Notes: generated from the letters alone by a model not told the origin. 62,037 nt of DNA from Syntrophomonadaceae bacterium (GCA_003554615.1 PWGX01000006.1:1-62037); one strand, 5' to 3'. Shown: positions 18,155 to 27,467, counted from the stretch's first letter. Made by a program: numbers and translations.

Positions 18155-19543
18155 GTGAGTAAAACTTTGCGCCGAATCTATTTCATTATATTGGCCCTGA
18201 TCCTGCTGACCCTGTCATTTAATATCGGTACCCGGGCCGGAGGCATTTATCCACCGGGAGAGCTGTTTGACCTGGTTGTAGAAAATATCGGCCCCGGCGA
18301 GCCGGACGAAGAAGAAGCAACCGAACTCGCAGAGGAAGAAATAGATCAACAAGAAATTGAAGAGGCTCCAGATGAAGATGAACCTGATGAGCCTGATCTG
18401 CGTACGGTAAACCTGATAGTAGCCGGTGACATTACCGCCCATGTACCTCAGATTGAACAGGCTCACCTGGGCGAAGATAACTATGATTTTACCCCCAGCT
18501 TTGAAATTATCGAACCGTACCTGCGAGAAGGCGACATAACAGTGGGAGACCTGGAAACATCCCAGGCCGGCCCGGAAGTTCGTTCAGTGGCCTGGGGAGT
18601 GACCGGTTATACCGGTTTTCCGGAATTTAACGCACCCCAGGAGTTTTCTGAAGCCCTTAAAAAGGCCGGGTTTAACGCCCTGACTATGGCCAATAACCAT
18701 ACTTTGGACCGGGGCTATGAAGGGCTGATGAACAGCCTTTCTCATGTCAGAGGCCTGGGCATCGAAACTTTCGGCGCTTACAAGGGCCCGGAAGAACAGG
18801 ATACACCTACCATCATCGAACATGACGGGATTGAAATCGCTTTTATCGGCTATACTTACGGCCTGAACGGAATCCCCGTCCCCCAGGGACATGAGTACTG
18901 CGTCAATTATGCCCCGGACTTTGAAGATATTACTCCTGTAATTGAGGACATCCAAATGGCCAGGGAACACGGCGCTGACCTGGTGGCTGTATTTCCACAC
19001 TGGGGCAATATGTACGTCAGTGAACCGCAGCCTCAGCGCCTGCGCGATGTGGCCGCCCGGATGGCGGCAGCGGGGGCCGACCTGATCATGGGTGGGCATC
19101 CCCATTATATCCAGCCCCTGGAATGGTTTTTTAATGAAAACGAGGACGGCGAAGAACGGGCCACCCTGGCCATATACTCACTGGGGAATTTTTTGTCCAA
19201 CCAGCATTATCCCCATAACCCTTCATCTTTCGTGGAATACGGCGCCCTGCTTGACATTGATTTGACTAAAAACAAGGACTCCGGGGAAGCCTGGATCAGC
19301 GGGGCGGATTATGAAATAACCTGGGTTCACCGTGACTGGCGCCACCGCATCCTCCCTCTTTCCGAAGTATTTACCGGTTCTCTCGAGGAGTACAACTTAA
19401 GCCAGTCCAGGGTGGATGAACTGAAAAAATGGAACCAAAAAAATATTGAAGTCCTTGAAATGTATGGGCACGCTGAAGACAAGGCCCGGGCCATGGAAAT
19501 ATCCAACCGGCTTTACGAACGGGCCCATGAAAACCAGCAGTAA
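18155..19543 (+). CDS. CapA / PGA_cap family metallophosphoesterase, membrane anchored
   Basis: N-terminal TM helix; GD, ANNHTLDRG, HWG, GGHPHYIQP, YSLGNF motifs. Confidence 0.9.
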   Translation: MSKTLRRIYFIILALILLTLSFNIGTRAGGIYPPGELFDLVVENIGPGEPDEEEATELAEEEIDQQEIEEAPDEDEPDEPDLRTVNLIVAGDITAHVPQIEQAHLGEDNYDFTPSFEIIEPYLREGDITVGDLETSQAGPEVRSVAWGVTGYTGFPEFNAPQEFSEALKKAGFNALTMANNHTLDRGYEGLMNSLSHVRGLGIETFGAYKGPEEQDTPTIIEHDGIEIAFIGYTYGLNGIPVPQGHEYCVNYAPDFEDITPVIEDIQMAREHGADLVAVFPHWGNMYVSEPQPQRLRDVAARMAAAGADLIMGGHPHYIQPLEWFFNENEDGEERATLAIYSLGNFLSNQHYPHNPSSFVEYGALLDIDLTKNKDSGEAWISGADYEITWVHRDWRHRILPLSEVFTGSLEEYNLSQSRVDELKKWNQKNIEVLEMYGHAEDKARAMEISNRLYERAHENQQ

Positions 19544-19567
19544 TAATACCAGGGAGGGTTTAATAAC

Positions 19568-20746
19568 TTGAAAATAGGCATATTCACGGACAGCTTCCGC
19601 CCCTATACCAGCGGCGTAGTCAGGTCGATTGAACTGTTTTCGCGCGAATTCTGCAACCACGGTCATGAAGTTTACATATTCGGCCCCGATTACCCCCTTC
19701 TTCAGCCGCCAAAAGAAGAAGGTGTTTTTCGTTTTATTTCTGTACCGGCCCCGACCATGCCTGATTTTGCCCTGCCCATCCCCATATCAGCCCAGCTGGG
19801 AAAAACTATAAAGCACATCGGGTTGGACATAATTCATAGCCATTCCCCTTTCCTGCTGGGCAGAATGGGTGCTCGAGCTGCCCGGCGTTACAAGCTGCCC
19901 CTGATTTTCACTTTCCATACCCTTTATGATCAATACGTCCATTACTTTCCTTTTCCCCGGCAGGCTTCAAAGCAATTTGTCCAGAGAGTCAGCCGCAATT
20001 TCTGCAACCGCTGTAATCAAGTAATTGCGCCTTCCCAGATGATTGTTAGCTACCTTCAAAGGATCGGGGTCAAAACCTCGATTGTCAATATTCCCACCGG
20101 GGTCGATTTAGAGGAATTTACCGATTTAAACCCTAACTGGCTGGAAGAAAATTACGGCGTAAGCCCTGATGAAAAAGTTCTCCTGTTTGTAGGGCGCCTG
20201 GGTCAGGAAAAGAATGTTAACTTCCTGATCAAAGCCTTTCATACCGTGCAATCCAGTTATCCTAACTGCCGCCTGGTCATGGTCGGCAAAGGCCCCCAGG
20301 AAAATGCACTGCGCAAGATGACCCGGGAGTTGGGGATCCAGGATAAGGTTACTTTTACCGGAGTCCTGCCCCGCCAAAAAATAGTCCACTGCTATGCCAG
20401 CTCAGACCTGTTTGTTTTCCCGTCGGTTACAGAAACCCAGGGGCTGGTGATCGGGGAAGCCAAGGCCGCCGGCCTGCCGGTAGTTGCCATTCGCGCTTTC
20501 GGGCCGGCAGAAATAGTTCATCATGGCGAAGACGGCTTTTTAACCGACCCCTCCCCCTCCTCTTTTACCACTGCCATCCTGGATCTGCTGGAAAACAGGG
20601 AATTATACGATCAGATGAGCAAAAAGGCCTACAATAATGTGTCCTTTATTTCTTCATCACATTGTGCCGAAAAAATGCTGGAAGTTTACCAGGAACTGAT
20701 CGATCAAAAAGCTTATGCTCCCCGGTACCGTTTTTTTACCGGTTGA
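19568..20746 (+). CDS. Glycosyltransferase family 4 (glycolipid synthase-like)
   Basis: MKIGIFTDSFRPYTSGVVRS, HSHSPF, FVGRLGQEKN, ETQGLVIGEA. Confidence 0.9.
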   Translation: MKIGIFTDSFRPYTSGVVRSIELFSREFCNHGHEVYIFGPDYPLLQPPKEEGVFRFISVPAPTMPDFALPIPISAQLGKTIKHIGLDIIHSHSPFLLGRMGARAARRYKLPLIFTFHTLYDQYVHYFPFPRQASKQFVQRVSRNFCNRCNQVIAPSQMIVSYLQRIGVKTSIVNIPTGVDLEEFTDLNPNWLEENYGVSPDEKVLLFVGRLGQEKNVNFLIKAFHTVQSSYPNCRLVMVGKGPQENALRKMTRELGIQDKVTFTGVLPRQKIVHCYASSDLFVFPSVTETQGLVIGEAKAAGLPVVAIRAFGPAEIVHHGEDGFLTDPSPSSFTTAILDLLENRELYDQMSKKAYNNVSFISSSHCAEKMLEVYQELIDQKAYAPRYRFFTG

Positions 20747-20782
20747 TCACGCCTGCTTAAATAGTTATAATAAATAATGCGG

Positions 20783-20856
20783 TGCGGGATGGTGTAGCGG
20801 CAGCACGGGTGACTCTGGATCACCAGGCCCAGGTTCGATCCCTGGTCCCGCAGCCA
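20783..20856 (+). tRNA. tRNA-Gln (anticodon CUG)
   Basis: Acceptor TGCGGGA/TCCCGCA, anticodon stem GGTGA-CTCTGGA-TCACC, T-loop GGTTCGATCC, encoded CCA. Confidence 0.97.
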
Positions 20857-20860
20857 CGCG

Positions 20861-20896
20861 AAAACCCCCGGCCAGATGGCTTACGGGGGTTATTTT
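20861..20896 (+). terminator. Intrinsic terminator after tRNA-Gln
   Basis: AACCCCCG...CGGGGGTT stem followed by ATTTT. Confidence 0.75.
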
Positions 20897-20912
20897 AATA
20901 CCTGCTCCGCGG

Positions 20913-21092
20913 GTGGGGGGTTGTTTTATTTTAAGCTGGTTTTTGGCCCTGTTTTTCCTGATAGTTATCCTTATGCTGTCCCGGACGTATCCGGGGGTAA
21001 GCATCTGGATTTGGGTTAGCATGTACCTGGCCCTGTGGAGCGTCAGCTTCATTGAGGTTAAAACGTATTTTTCCCGCTTCCATGATCAGTAA
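20913..21092 (+). CDS. Possible 59-aa two-helix membrane protein (not in the ORF track)
   Basis: MGGCFILSWFLALFFLIVILMLSRTYPGVSIWIWVSMYLALWSVSFIEVKTYFSRFHDQ; start codon and RBS uncertain. Confidence 0.4.
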   Translation: MGGCFILSWFLALFFLIVILMLSRTYPGVSIWIWVSMYLALWSVSFIEVKTYFSRFHDQ

Positions 21093-21137
21093 GAACTGCG
21101 GCGAAACTGCTTATATAAAGCCCCGGGCCATAGTTTT

Positions 21138-21440
21138 TTAGCTATTGCCGTGGTGGAAGATTTTTTTGCCGCTGTTATGGTTGCTGCAAACGCCCAGAAT
21201 TAACCGTGTCCCAGGGACAGAATGGGGTGAAAGGTGTTCCAGTTTGCTTGACATTAACCTGGCTTTGAAACCATAACCACTAAAATGTTTTACATACAGC
21301 CCGCCGTACAGATCCCTGCAGGCTTCCCTGCCGTTTTCGGCAGCATATACAGCCAGCGCTTTTATAAATGGATGCCGGTTATAAGCTGCTATAATGTTTC
21401 CTTTTACTTCTTCCCACTTTTCTCCGGTGTCAATAACCAT
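21138..21440 (-). CDS. Hypothetical protein (100 aa)
   Basis: ATG preceded by GAAGG; strong upstream promoter TTGACA-N17-TATTAT (21541-21513); no recognisable motif. Confidence 0.4.
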   Translation of the reverse strand: MVIDTGEKWEEVKGNIIAAYNRHPFIKALAVYAAENGREACRDLYGGLYVKHFSGYGFKARLMSSKLEHLSPHSVPGTRLILGVCSNHNSGKKIFHHGNS

Positions 21441-21512
21441 CCTTCTTACCCGCTTTCTTGGTAAGGTTAATTAAGGTTAATATTAATAACCATTATTAGT
21501 ATTGATAATTTT

Positions 21513-21641
21513 ATAATACTTATTTAAGATTAATCTGTCAAGGGTTATTTACCGGTTGTTTACAATACTGCACAGCGGTTATCAGGCCTGATATATGCCG
21601 CTTTAACGGCCCTTGACAACCGGCAGGTTCTAAAATATGAT
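21513..21641. promoter_or_regulatory. Divergent sigma-A promoter pair
   Basis: Minus: TTGACA(21541-21536)-N17-TATTAT; plus: TTGACA(21613-21618)-N17-TATGAT. Confidence 0.65.
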
Positions 21642-21755
21642 CCTGTTATGATTGTAAGACTTTGAATCAAATATAATCGAGTGGATTTAAAAACCCGCCG
21701 TTGGCGATGCTAACAGCGGGCTTTATTAATAACTATTTCGGGGGGGCATAAATTT

Positions 21756-21893
21756 ATGTGGCAGTTAATATCCGGAATTGTCCTGATCGGTATTTTTTTT
21801 ATTCTCGTAATTATGCTTAAAAGAGGCTACCAAATTAAAGAGGATCAAGAAAGAGAAAAACAGGACCAGAATCCGGGGAAAAAAAATAAATAG
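21756..21893 (+). CDS. Small single-pass membrane protein (45 aa, not in the ORF track)
   Basis: MWQLISGIVLIGIFFILVIMLKRGYQIKEDQEREKQDQNPGKKNK; GGGGGG RBS, TM helix then charged tail. Confidence 0.65.
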   Translation: MWQLISGIVLIGIFFILVIMLKRGYQIKEDQEREKQDQNPGKKNK

Positions 21894-21928
21894 CCTTCAA
21901 TCCTGTTATTCTTGAATCTTTGGTACAT

Positions 21929-23389
21929 TTACTTCTGCGGCAGGTTTTTTTCGATATAGTCGGCCGCCTTCTTCAGCCTTTCAACAGTCCTTTCCCGGCC
22001 CAGCAGGGCCATGATCTCAAAAATGCCAGGCCCGGCTGTACGGCCGGTAATTGCCAGGCGGGTCGGATGTATGAGGCGGCCGGTGGATATGCCGAGTTCT
22101 TCACTCAAAGTCCGGTACAGGTTCTCAATTGATTCCTTTTCGTAAGGTTCAAGCTTTTGTAATTCCTCTGCCGCCTTCAGGATATGTTGGGCCGCATTTT
22201 CTTTATAGAAATGCTTCTGGACCCCCTTCTGATCATATTCAAAGCGGTCATGATAGAAATAGGTGGAGATATCGGCCATTTCTACCAGTGTCTTGGCCCT
22301 TTCCCTGACCGCTGCGATAACCTGCTTTAAGTAATTGTATTCTTCATTGTTTAATGGCGCCTCAACCAAACTTTTTTGTTCAAAAAATGGTACTGCCGCC
22401 TCGGTCAGCCTGTTTAGGTCATATTCCCGCATATAGTGGCTGTTCATCCAGCTCAGCTTGGTAACATCATAAACAGCCGCTGTTTTGGTCACCTTGTATA
22501 AATCAAACCGGTTTACCATTTGATCCAGGGAAAAAATTTCTTCTTCTCCTCCGGCATCCGGAGACCAGCCCAGCAAGGCCATATAATTGACCAGCGCTTC
22601 CGGGAGGTAACCTTCAGAATAGAATTCTTCCACCGATGTGGCACCATGCCTCTTGCTGAGTTTGCTGCGATCGGGGGCCAGGATCATGGGCACGTGGGCA
22701 AACTTAGGCAATTCATAACCTAAGGCAAGGGCACAGAGCTGTTGGCGGGGAGTGTTGGAAAGGTGCTCTTCGGCCCGGATTACGTGGGTAATATCCATTT
22801 GCAAATCGTCTACCACGCTGGCAAAGTTATAGGTGGGCAGCCCGTTGGATTTAATAATAATGAAATCGTCTAGATTGGCGTTTTCAAAACTTACTTCTCC
22901 CCTAATTTCATCCCGGACCACCGTATTACCCTGATCGGGGGTCAAAAGCCTGATTACCGGCACCCTGCCTTCTTTCTGAAAAGCTTCTTCCTGCTCCGCG
23001 GTCAGCTCCCGGCAGGTGCCGGGGTAGAGGTAAGCCTTGCTTTCCTTACGGGCTTCGGAACGTCCCTCCGCCAGCATTTCAGCGCTGCAGTAACAGCGGT
23101 ATGCTTTATTTTCTGCAAGCAGCCGTTCAGCTTCCCCGGTATATTTATCCAGCCTCCTGGACTGGTAATAAGGTCCTTCATCCCATTCCAGGTCCAGCCA
23201 GTGCATGGAAGCGATCAATTTATCAATGTAATCGGAACGCGACCTTTCAAGATCTGTATCGTCGATGCGGAGCACAACCTTACCGCCCTCACTGTAGGCA
23301 AACAGGTAATTAAACAAGGCCGTCCTGGCTCCGCCGATATGCAGTTCTCCAGTCGGGCTTGGAGCAAACCTAACTCTTACCCCTGGCAA
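21929..23389 (-). CDS. gltX: Glutamate--tRNA ligase
   Basis: RVRFAPSPTGELHIGG, RIDDTD, KLSKRHG. Confidence 0.97.
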   Translation of the reverse strand: MPGVRVRFAPSPTGELHIGGARTALFNYLFAYSEGGKVVLRIDDTDLERSRSDYIDKLIASMHWLDLEWDEGPYYQSRRLDKYTGEAERLLAENKAYRCYCSAEMLAEGRSEARKESKAYLYPGTCRELTAEQEEAFQKEGRVPVIRLLTPDQGNTVVRDEIRGEVSFENANLDDFIIIKSNGLPTYNFASVVDDLQMDITHVIRAEEHLSNTPRQQLCALALGYELPKFAHVPMILAPDRSKLSKRHGATSVEEFYSEGYLPEALVNYMALLGWSPDAGGEEEIFSLDQMVNRFDLYKVTKTAAVYDVTKLSWMNSHYMREYDLNRLTEAAVPFFEQKSLVEAPLNNEEYNYLKQVIAAVRERAKTLVEMADISTYFYHDRFEYDQKGVQKHFYKENAAQHILKAAEELQKLEPYEKESIENLYRTLSEELGISTGRLIHPTRLAITGRTAGPGIFEIMALLGRERTVERLKKAADYIEKNLPQK

Positions 23390-23440
23390 ATTTACACCTC
23401 ATTTCAAATCCGGTTTCATAAGGAAAAGCTAAGCCTGTTG

Positions 23441-24571
23441 TTATCCGAGAATTGAAAGCAAGATTCCTGCTGCTACAGCAGAACCGATTACACCGGCCAC
23501 ATTCGGGCCCATGGCATGCATCAGCAGGTAATTGTTCGGGTTTTCTTCCTTGCCTACAAACTGAGAAACCCTGGCCGCCATGGGAACGGCGGAAACCCCG
23601 GCTGAACCGATCAGGGGGTTAATTTTACCACCGGTTATATAATAAAGCAGCTTACCCATCAGGACGCCGGTGGCGGTCCCGAAAGCAAACGCGCCCAGGC
23701 CCAGCAGTACAATTTTTATCGTATCCGGGGTTAAAAAGTAAACGGCGTGGGCCTTGGCCCCGACAGTGAGACCCAGGAATATAACCACGATGTTGTTCAG
23801 TTCGTTTTGAGCTCCCTTGCTCAGCCGCTCGGTCACGCCGGTTTCCCTGATCAGGTTGCCGAACATCAGCATGCCCAAAAGCGGCAGGGCGGCGGGAAGC
23901 AGCAAACCGGTTAAAAGGATCACAATAATCGGGAATAATATCTTTTCCTTTTGGGACACCGGCCGCAGCTGCTCCATCATCACCTGGCGTTCTTTCTTAT
24001 TGGTAAACAACTTCATGATTGGCGGCTGGATAATCGGCACCAGGGCCATGTAAGAATAAGCGGCAATAGCAATCGAGCCTAACAGTTCGGGGGCCAGGCG
24101 GCTGGCAATAAAAATCGCCGTCGGGCCGTCCGCTCCGCCGATTATCCCGATGGCACCCGCTTCAGGGGCTGTAAAACCCAGGAACATTGCTCCCATAAAG
24201 GTCAGAAAGATCCCAAACTGGGCTGCTGCACCGAGCAGCAGGGTGATCGGGTTGGCAATAAGGGGCCCGAAATCGGTCATTGCTCCAACACCCAGGAAAA
24301 TTAAAGGCGGATAAATACCCAGATCCAAACCGAGCGACAAATAATAAAACAGCCCGCCTACATCACCGGCGGAACCCGGATCCATCAGGTCGCCCAGCGG
24401 CAAATTTACCAGCAGGACACCGAAGGCAATCGGGACCAGCAGCAGGGGCTCGTACTTCTTCGCTATCCCCAGGTAAAGCAGGATACAGGCTATTACAATC
24501 ATTATTATTTCGTTTATTTGCAGGTTATAATAGCCGGTGCTCTGTAAAAACTCAATCAATAATTCCGTCAT
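23441..24571 (-). CDS. Na+-translocating decarboxylase beta subunit (OadB/MmdB/GcdB family)
   Basis: [56 protein letters not shown]. Confidence 0.95.
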   Translation of the reverse strand: MTELLIEFLQSTGYYNLQINEIIMIVIACILLYLGIAKKYEPLLLVPIAFGVLLVNLPLGDLMDPGSAGDVGGLFYYLSLGLDLGIYPPLIFLGVGAMTDFGPLIANPITLLLGAAAQFGIFLTFMGAMFLGFTAPEAGAIGIIGGADGPTAIFIASRLAPELLGSIAIAAYSYMALVPIIQPPIMKLFTNKKERQVMMEQLRPVSQKEKILFPIIVILLTGLLLPAALPLLGMLMFGNLIRETGVTERLSKGAQNELNNIVVIFLGLTVGAKAHAVYFLTPDTIKIVLLGLGAFAFGTATGVLMGKLLYYITGGKINPLIGSAGVSAVPMAARVSQFVGKEENPNNYLLMHAMGPNVAGVIGSAVAAGILLSILG

Positions 24572-24623
24572 CTTGGCTTAACCCCTTTCAAGTTCATCGG
24601 ATAGTCTCTTATAAATAGTTTCT

Positions 24624-25049
24624 TTAAGATAGCACAACCAAGGGGTCTCCACTATTAACCGAATCGCCTTTTTTGACCAGGAGCTGAGATACGGTACCCG
24701 GCTGTGAAGCGGTAAGTTCATTTTCCATTTTCATGGCTTCCAGAACCAGTAGCACGTCCCCTTCTTTTACTGAATCTCCTTCACTTACTTTTACCTCCAG
24801 AACCGAACCAGGCATCGGCGCTTTTAAGCTATAGCCTTCGCCCGCCGACGGTGCCGGTTTGGGAGCTTCTTCCTGTTTTTGCTCAGCTGGCGGTGTTTCT
24901 TTCTGTGGGGATGGTGAAGGGCTTTCAGCAACAGCCTGTGACTCCGGATTACTGCCGGTATTTTTGGGTTCCTGGTTCGAGTTCTCCGACACTTCTTCCA
25001 CTTTTACGGTATAGGTTTGATTGTCTACAGTTACCTTAAATGTTTTCAC
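24624..25049 (-). CDS. Biotin carboxyl carrier subunit of Na+-translocating decarboxylase
   Basis: APMPG and EAMKMENE biotinylation motif, Pro/Ala-rich linker. Confidence 0.93.
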   Translation of the reverse strand: MKTFKVTVDNQTYTVKVEEVSENSNQEPKNTGSNPESQAVAESPSPSPQKETPPAEQKQEEAPKPAPSAGEGYSLKAPMPGSVLEVKVSEGDSVKEGDVLLVLEAMKMENELTASQPGTVSQLLVKKGDSVNSGDPLVVLS

Positions 25050-25437
25050 GTTTTTTCTTCCTCCTAATATTTTCTAACTCCAAACTGCTTTCAAGCAGTT
25101 CTTTACGGCCTATATATTTCCAGCCGCCGCCCCTGACGCCGCCAGAAGGTTGAACGGCAATACTTAAAGGGCCGCTAAAAGGTTTGGCATGCTCAATTTG
25201 CATATACTGGTATACGGCAGCCTGGATGGCTGCAACTACGCGCCCGTTATCTTCAGATTCACTTACAGCCTGGGATGGCTGTGGTTCTGCGGCGGGTTTA
25301 GACTCAGCAGGCGCAGTGGCAGGCTGGTATAAAAGCCGGTTAAATAAGATTAGAATTCCATAAAGACCGAAGAGGGTTACCAGAACAACTAAAAAGCCGA
25401 GAACGAGGACCTGTAGTGCAAAGTCTAGGTTTTCCAT
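25036..25437 (-). CDS. OadG/MmdD family decarboxylase membrane anchor subunit
   Basis: N-terminal TM helix, VVAAIQAAV motif, C-terminal W...GR, position before the carrier and beta genes. Confidence 0.8.
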   Translation of the reverse strand: MENLDFALQVLVLGFLVVLVTLFGLYGILILFNRLLYQPATAPAESKPAAEPQPSQAVSESEDNGRVVAAIQAAVYQYMQIEHAKPFSGPLSIAVQPSGGVRGGGWKYIGRKELLESSLELENIRRKKKRENI

Positions 25438-25696
25438 TCAGTACGTTTACCTCCATTTCTCCATCTGAGCATATTCTATATTGTAGCACTTTATAATAGG
25501 GATGTAAACGCAAGAAACCTGCAATAAGAGGGAATATTAGTCTTAAAAGCACCTGGGTTTTGCAAAAACATCAAAGGTCGGCTGTAATTATTGGGCAGGA
25601 TTTTACAATTTGCATTAATAAAAAATCTGATCCATAATTATGCTAGTTTCATATTAATATTTGTAAGGAGGCAAATCCGCATCAAGCGGGAATAAA

Positions 25697-26173
25697 ATGG
25701 CAAAAATTTTGGTAATCTATTACAGCAGAAGCGGAAACACCAGGAAAATGGCCGAAGCAGTTGCTAAAGGCGCCAAAGACGGTGGAGGAGAAGTTACCCT
25801 GAAAGATGTAAAAGAATGTGAGCCCAAAGAACTGCTGGAATACGATGGCATCATTGCCGGTTCACCAACTTATTACGGCATAGTTGCCGGTGAAATGAAG
25901 AACTTTTTTGATCGCAGCGTCAAGCACCACGGCAAGCTGGAAGGAAAAGTAGGCGGAGCTTTTGCCAGCGCCATGGCCCTGGGCGGAGGCAATGAAACGA
26001 CGGTTATGAGTATTCTTCAAATGATGCTTGTCCACGGCATGATCATCCAGGGCAAAACCAAGAAAAATCATTACGGGGCCGTTTCGATCAACGCCCCCGA
26101 TGAGGAAGCCTGGGAGGAATGCCGGCAGGTAGGAATCAGGGTCGCCACCTTATCCGGCAAACTTTTTGAATAA
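25697..26173 (+). CDS. Flavodoxin / WrbA-like NAD(P)H-dependent oxidoreductase
   Basis: YYSRSGNTRKMA, GSPTYYG, GKVGGAFAS...GGNET. Confidence 0.88.
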   Translation: MAKILVIYYSRSGNTRKMAEAVAKGAKDGGGEVTLKDVKECEPKELLEYDGIIAGSPTYYGIVAGEMKNFFDRSVKHHGKLEGKVGGAFASAMALGGGNETTVMSILQMMLVHGMIIQGKTKKNHYGAVSINAPDEEAWEECRQVGIRVATLSGKLFE

Positions 26174-26191
26174 CCTGGATAAAAAGATGCT

Positions 26192-27034
26192 TTAAGTTTT
26201 TGAAACAGCCTCTTTTAGCCTGTCCAGGTAATGGCCTTCTATAGCCAGGCGGGTTGGATACCCGGATGTACGCTCCCGGTCGCCGTGATAATCTGAGCCA
26301 CCGGTTATCAGGAGCCTTTTTTCAATGGCCATTTCATGATAGAACTTTGTTTGGGCTGTGCTGTGGTCGGGATGGAAAACTTCTATTCCCTGCAACCCCG
26401 GGGGCATGAGCCGTTCAATAAGGTCTTTTCCCAGTGCACCGGGGTGGGCAATAACCCTGATTGATCCCACCCCGGCCAGCAGCTCCATGGCTCTTTTTAA
26501 AGTCATAAGCCGCCTTGGCACATGAGCTCCCCGATCGGGGTTAAGGTAAAGCGAGAAAGCTTCGTTTAAGGAATGGACATATTTTTTTCGCAGTAAGATC
26601 CTGGCTAAATGAAGCCTGCCCGGAGCAGAATCACCGGCTTCGGCCAACACTTCTTCAAGCTTAACCTTAAACCCCAGCTGCTTTAATTTATCAACAATTT
26701 TATCCATGCGGCTATACCGTTCTGCCCGGATATCCTCGAGCTCCGCATTCAATCTTTTCCTGTCGCGGGGATAATAGCCCAGGATGTGAATTTCCTTATT
26801 ATCCTCCCAAACACTGATCTCTACGCCGGGGACAAGTTCCAGGTTGCATCGTTCCGCCGCCCTGAATGCCTCCGGCAGGCCTTTCACCGTATCATGATCG
26901 GTCAACCCGACTGCGGACAGCCCGGCTCTACCAGCCATTTTTAACAGCTCCGTAGGACTGTGAATGCCGTCTGAAGCGTTGCTGTGCATATGGAGATCAA
27001 CTAGTTTACCGGTGTACATATTGCCTGCTTTCAT
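26192..27034 (-). CDS. PHP domain metal-dependent phosphoesterase
   Basis: DLHMHSNASDG, LTDHDT, EIHILGY, AHP, GGSDYHG. Confidence 0.92.
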   Translation of the reverse strand: MKAGNMYTGKLVDLHMHSNASDGIHSPTELLKMAGRAGLSAVGLTDHDTVKGLPEAFRAAERCNLELVPGVEISVWEDNKEIHILGYYPRDRKRLNAELEDIRAERYSRMDKIVDKLKQLGFKVKLEEVLAEAGDSAPGRLHLARILLRKKYVHSLNEAFSLYLNPDRGAHVPRRLMTLKRAMELLAGVGSIRVIAHPGALGKDLIERLMPPGLQGIEVFHPDHSTAQTKFYHEMAIEKRLLITGGSDYHGDRERTSGYPTRLAIEGHYLDRLKEAVSKT

Positions 27035-27093
27035 TTTTCTTTAAGATTTGCTTTTACTTTCTATATTATACCAGCTACAGCTACAATAAGCAC

Positions 27094-27134
27094 AAAAAAA
27101 CACCCTTGAGAATGTTTATAGCAAAAGGGTGTTT
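27094..27134 (-). terminator. Intrinsic terminator after spoVS
   Basis: AAACACCCTT...AAGGGTGTTT inverted repeat with A-run giving a U-tract on the minus strand. Confidence 0.7.
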
Positions 27135-27171
27135 GGTGCAATAGAGCAGGCTGATTTGGTTGCCCCACACT

Positions 27172-27432
27172 TCAGCGAGGTTCGATGATCAATTTAATTG
27201 CAGTGCGCTCCTCCCCGTCAATCTCGATATCCGTAAAGGCCGGAATGCAAATCAGGTCGATTCCGCCCGGTGCGACAAAACCCCGGGCAATTGCTACTGC
27301 TTTTACAGCCTGGTTGAGAGCTCCAGCTCCAATAGTCTGGACTTCTGCTGCTCCTCTTTCTCTAAGTACTCCTGCCAGCGCTCCTGCTACTGAATTGGGA
27401 TTAGATTTTGCTGAGACTTTTAATACTTCCAT
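27172..27432 (-). CDS. spoVS: Stage V sporulation protein S
   Basis: MEVLKVSAKSNPNSVAGALAG...GAGALNQAVKAVAIARGF. Confidence 0.96.
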   Translation of the reverse strand: MEVLKVSAKSNPNSVAGALAGVLRERGAAEVQTIGAGALNQAVKAVAIARGFVAPGGIDLICIPAFTDIEIDGEERTAIKLIIEPR

Positions 27433-27467
27433 TTGTTGTGATCCTCCTTTGCGGATTTGTTTATATT

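Noticed and set aside
18155-19543. Poly-gamma-glutamate capsule locus
   Set aside because: capB and capC are absent; CapA alone is widespread
20765-21052. 95-aa minus-strand ORF in the track
   Set aside because: Runs antisense through tRNA-Gln and its terminator; shadow ORF
20931-21083. 50-aa minus-strand ORF (MEAGKIRF...)
   Set aside because: No RBS or motif, and it is antisense to the more protein-like hydrophobic ORF
21622-21655. GCAGG-TTC...CCTGT hairpin resembling a preQ1-I riboswitch
   Set aside because: Overlaps the promoter itself, lacks the A-rich 3' tail, and no queuosine gene follows
20783-21930. tRNA-Gln as integration site of a genomic island
   Set aside because: No duplicated tRNA 3' end and no adjacent integrase found
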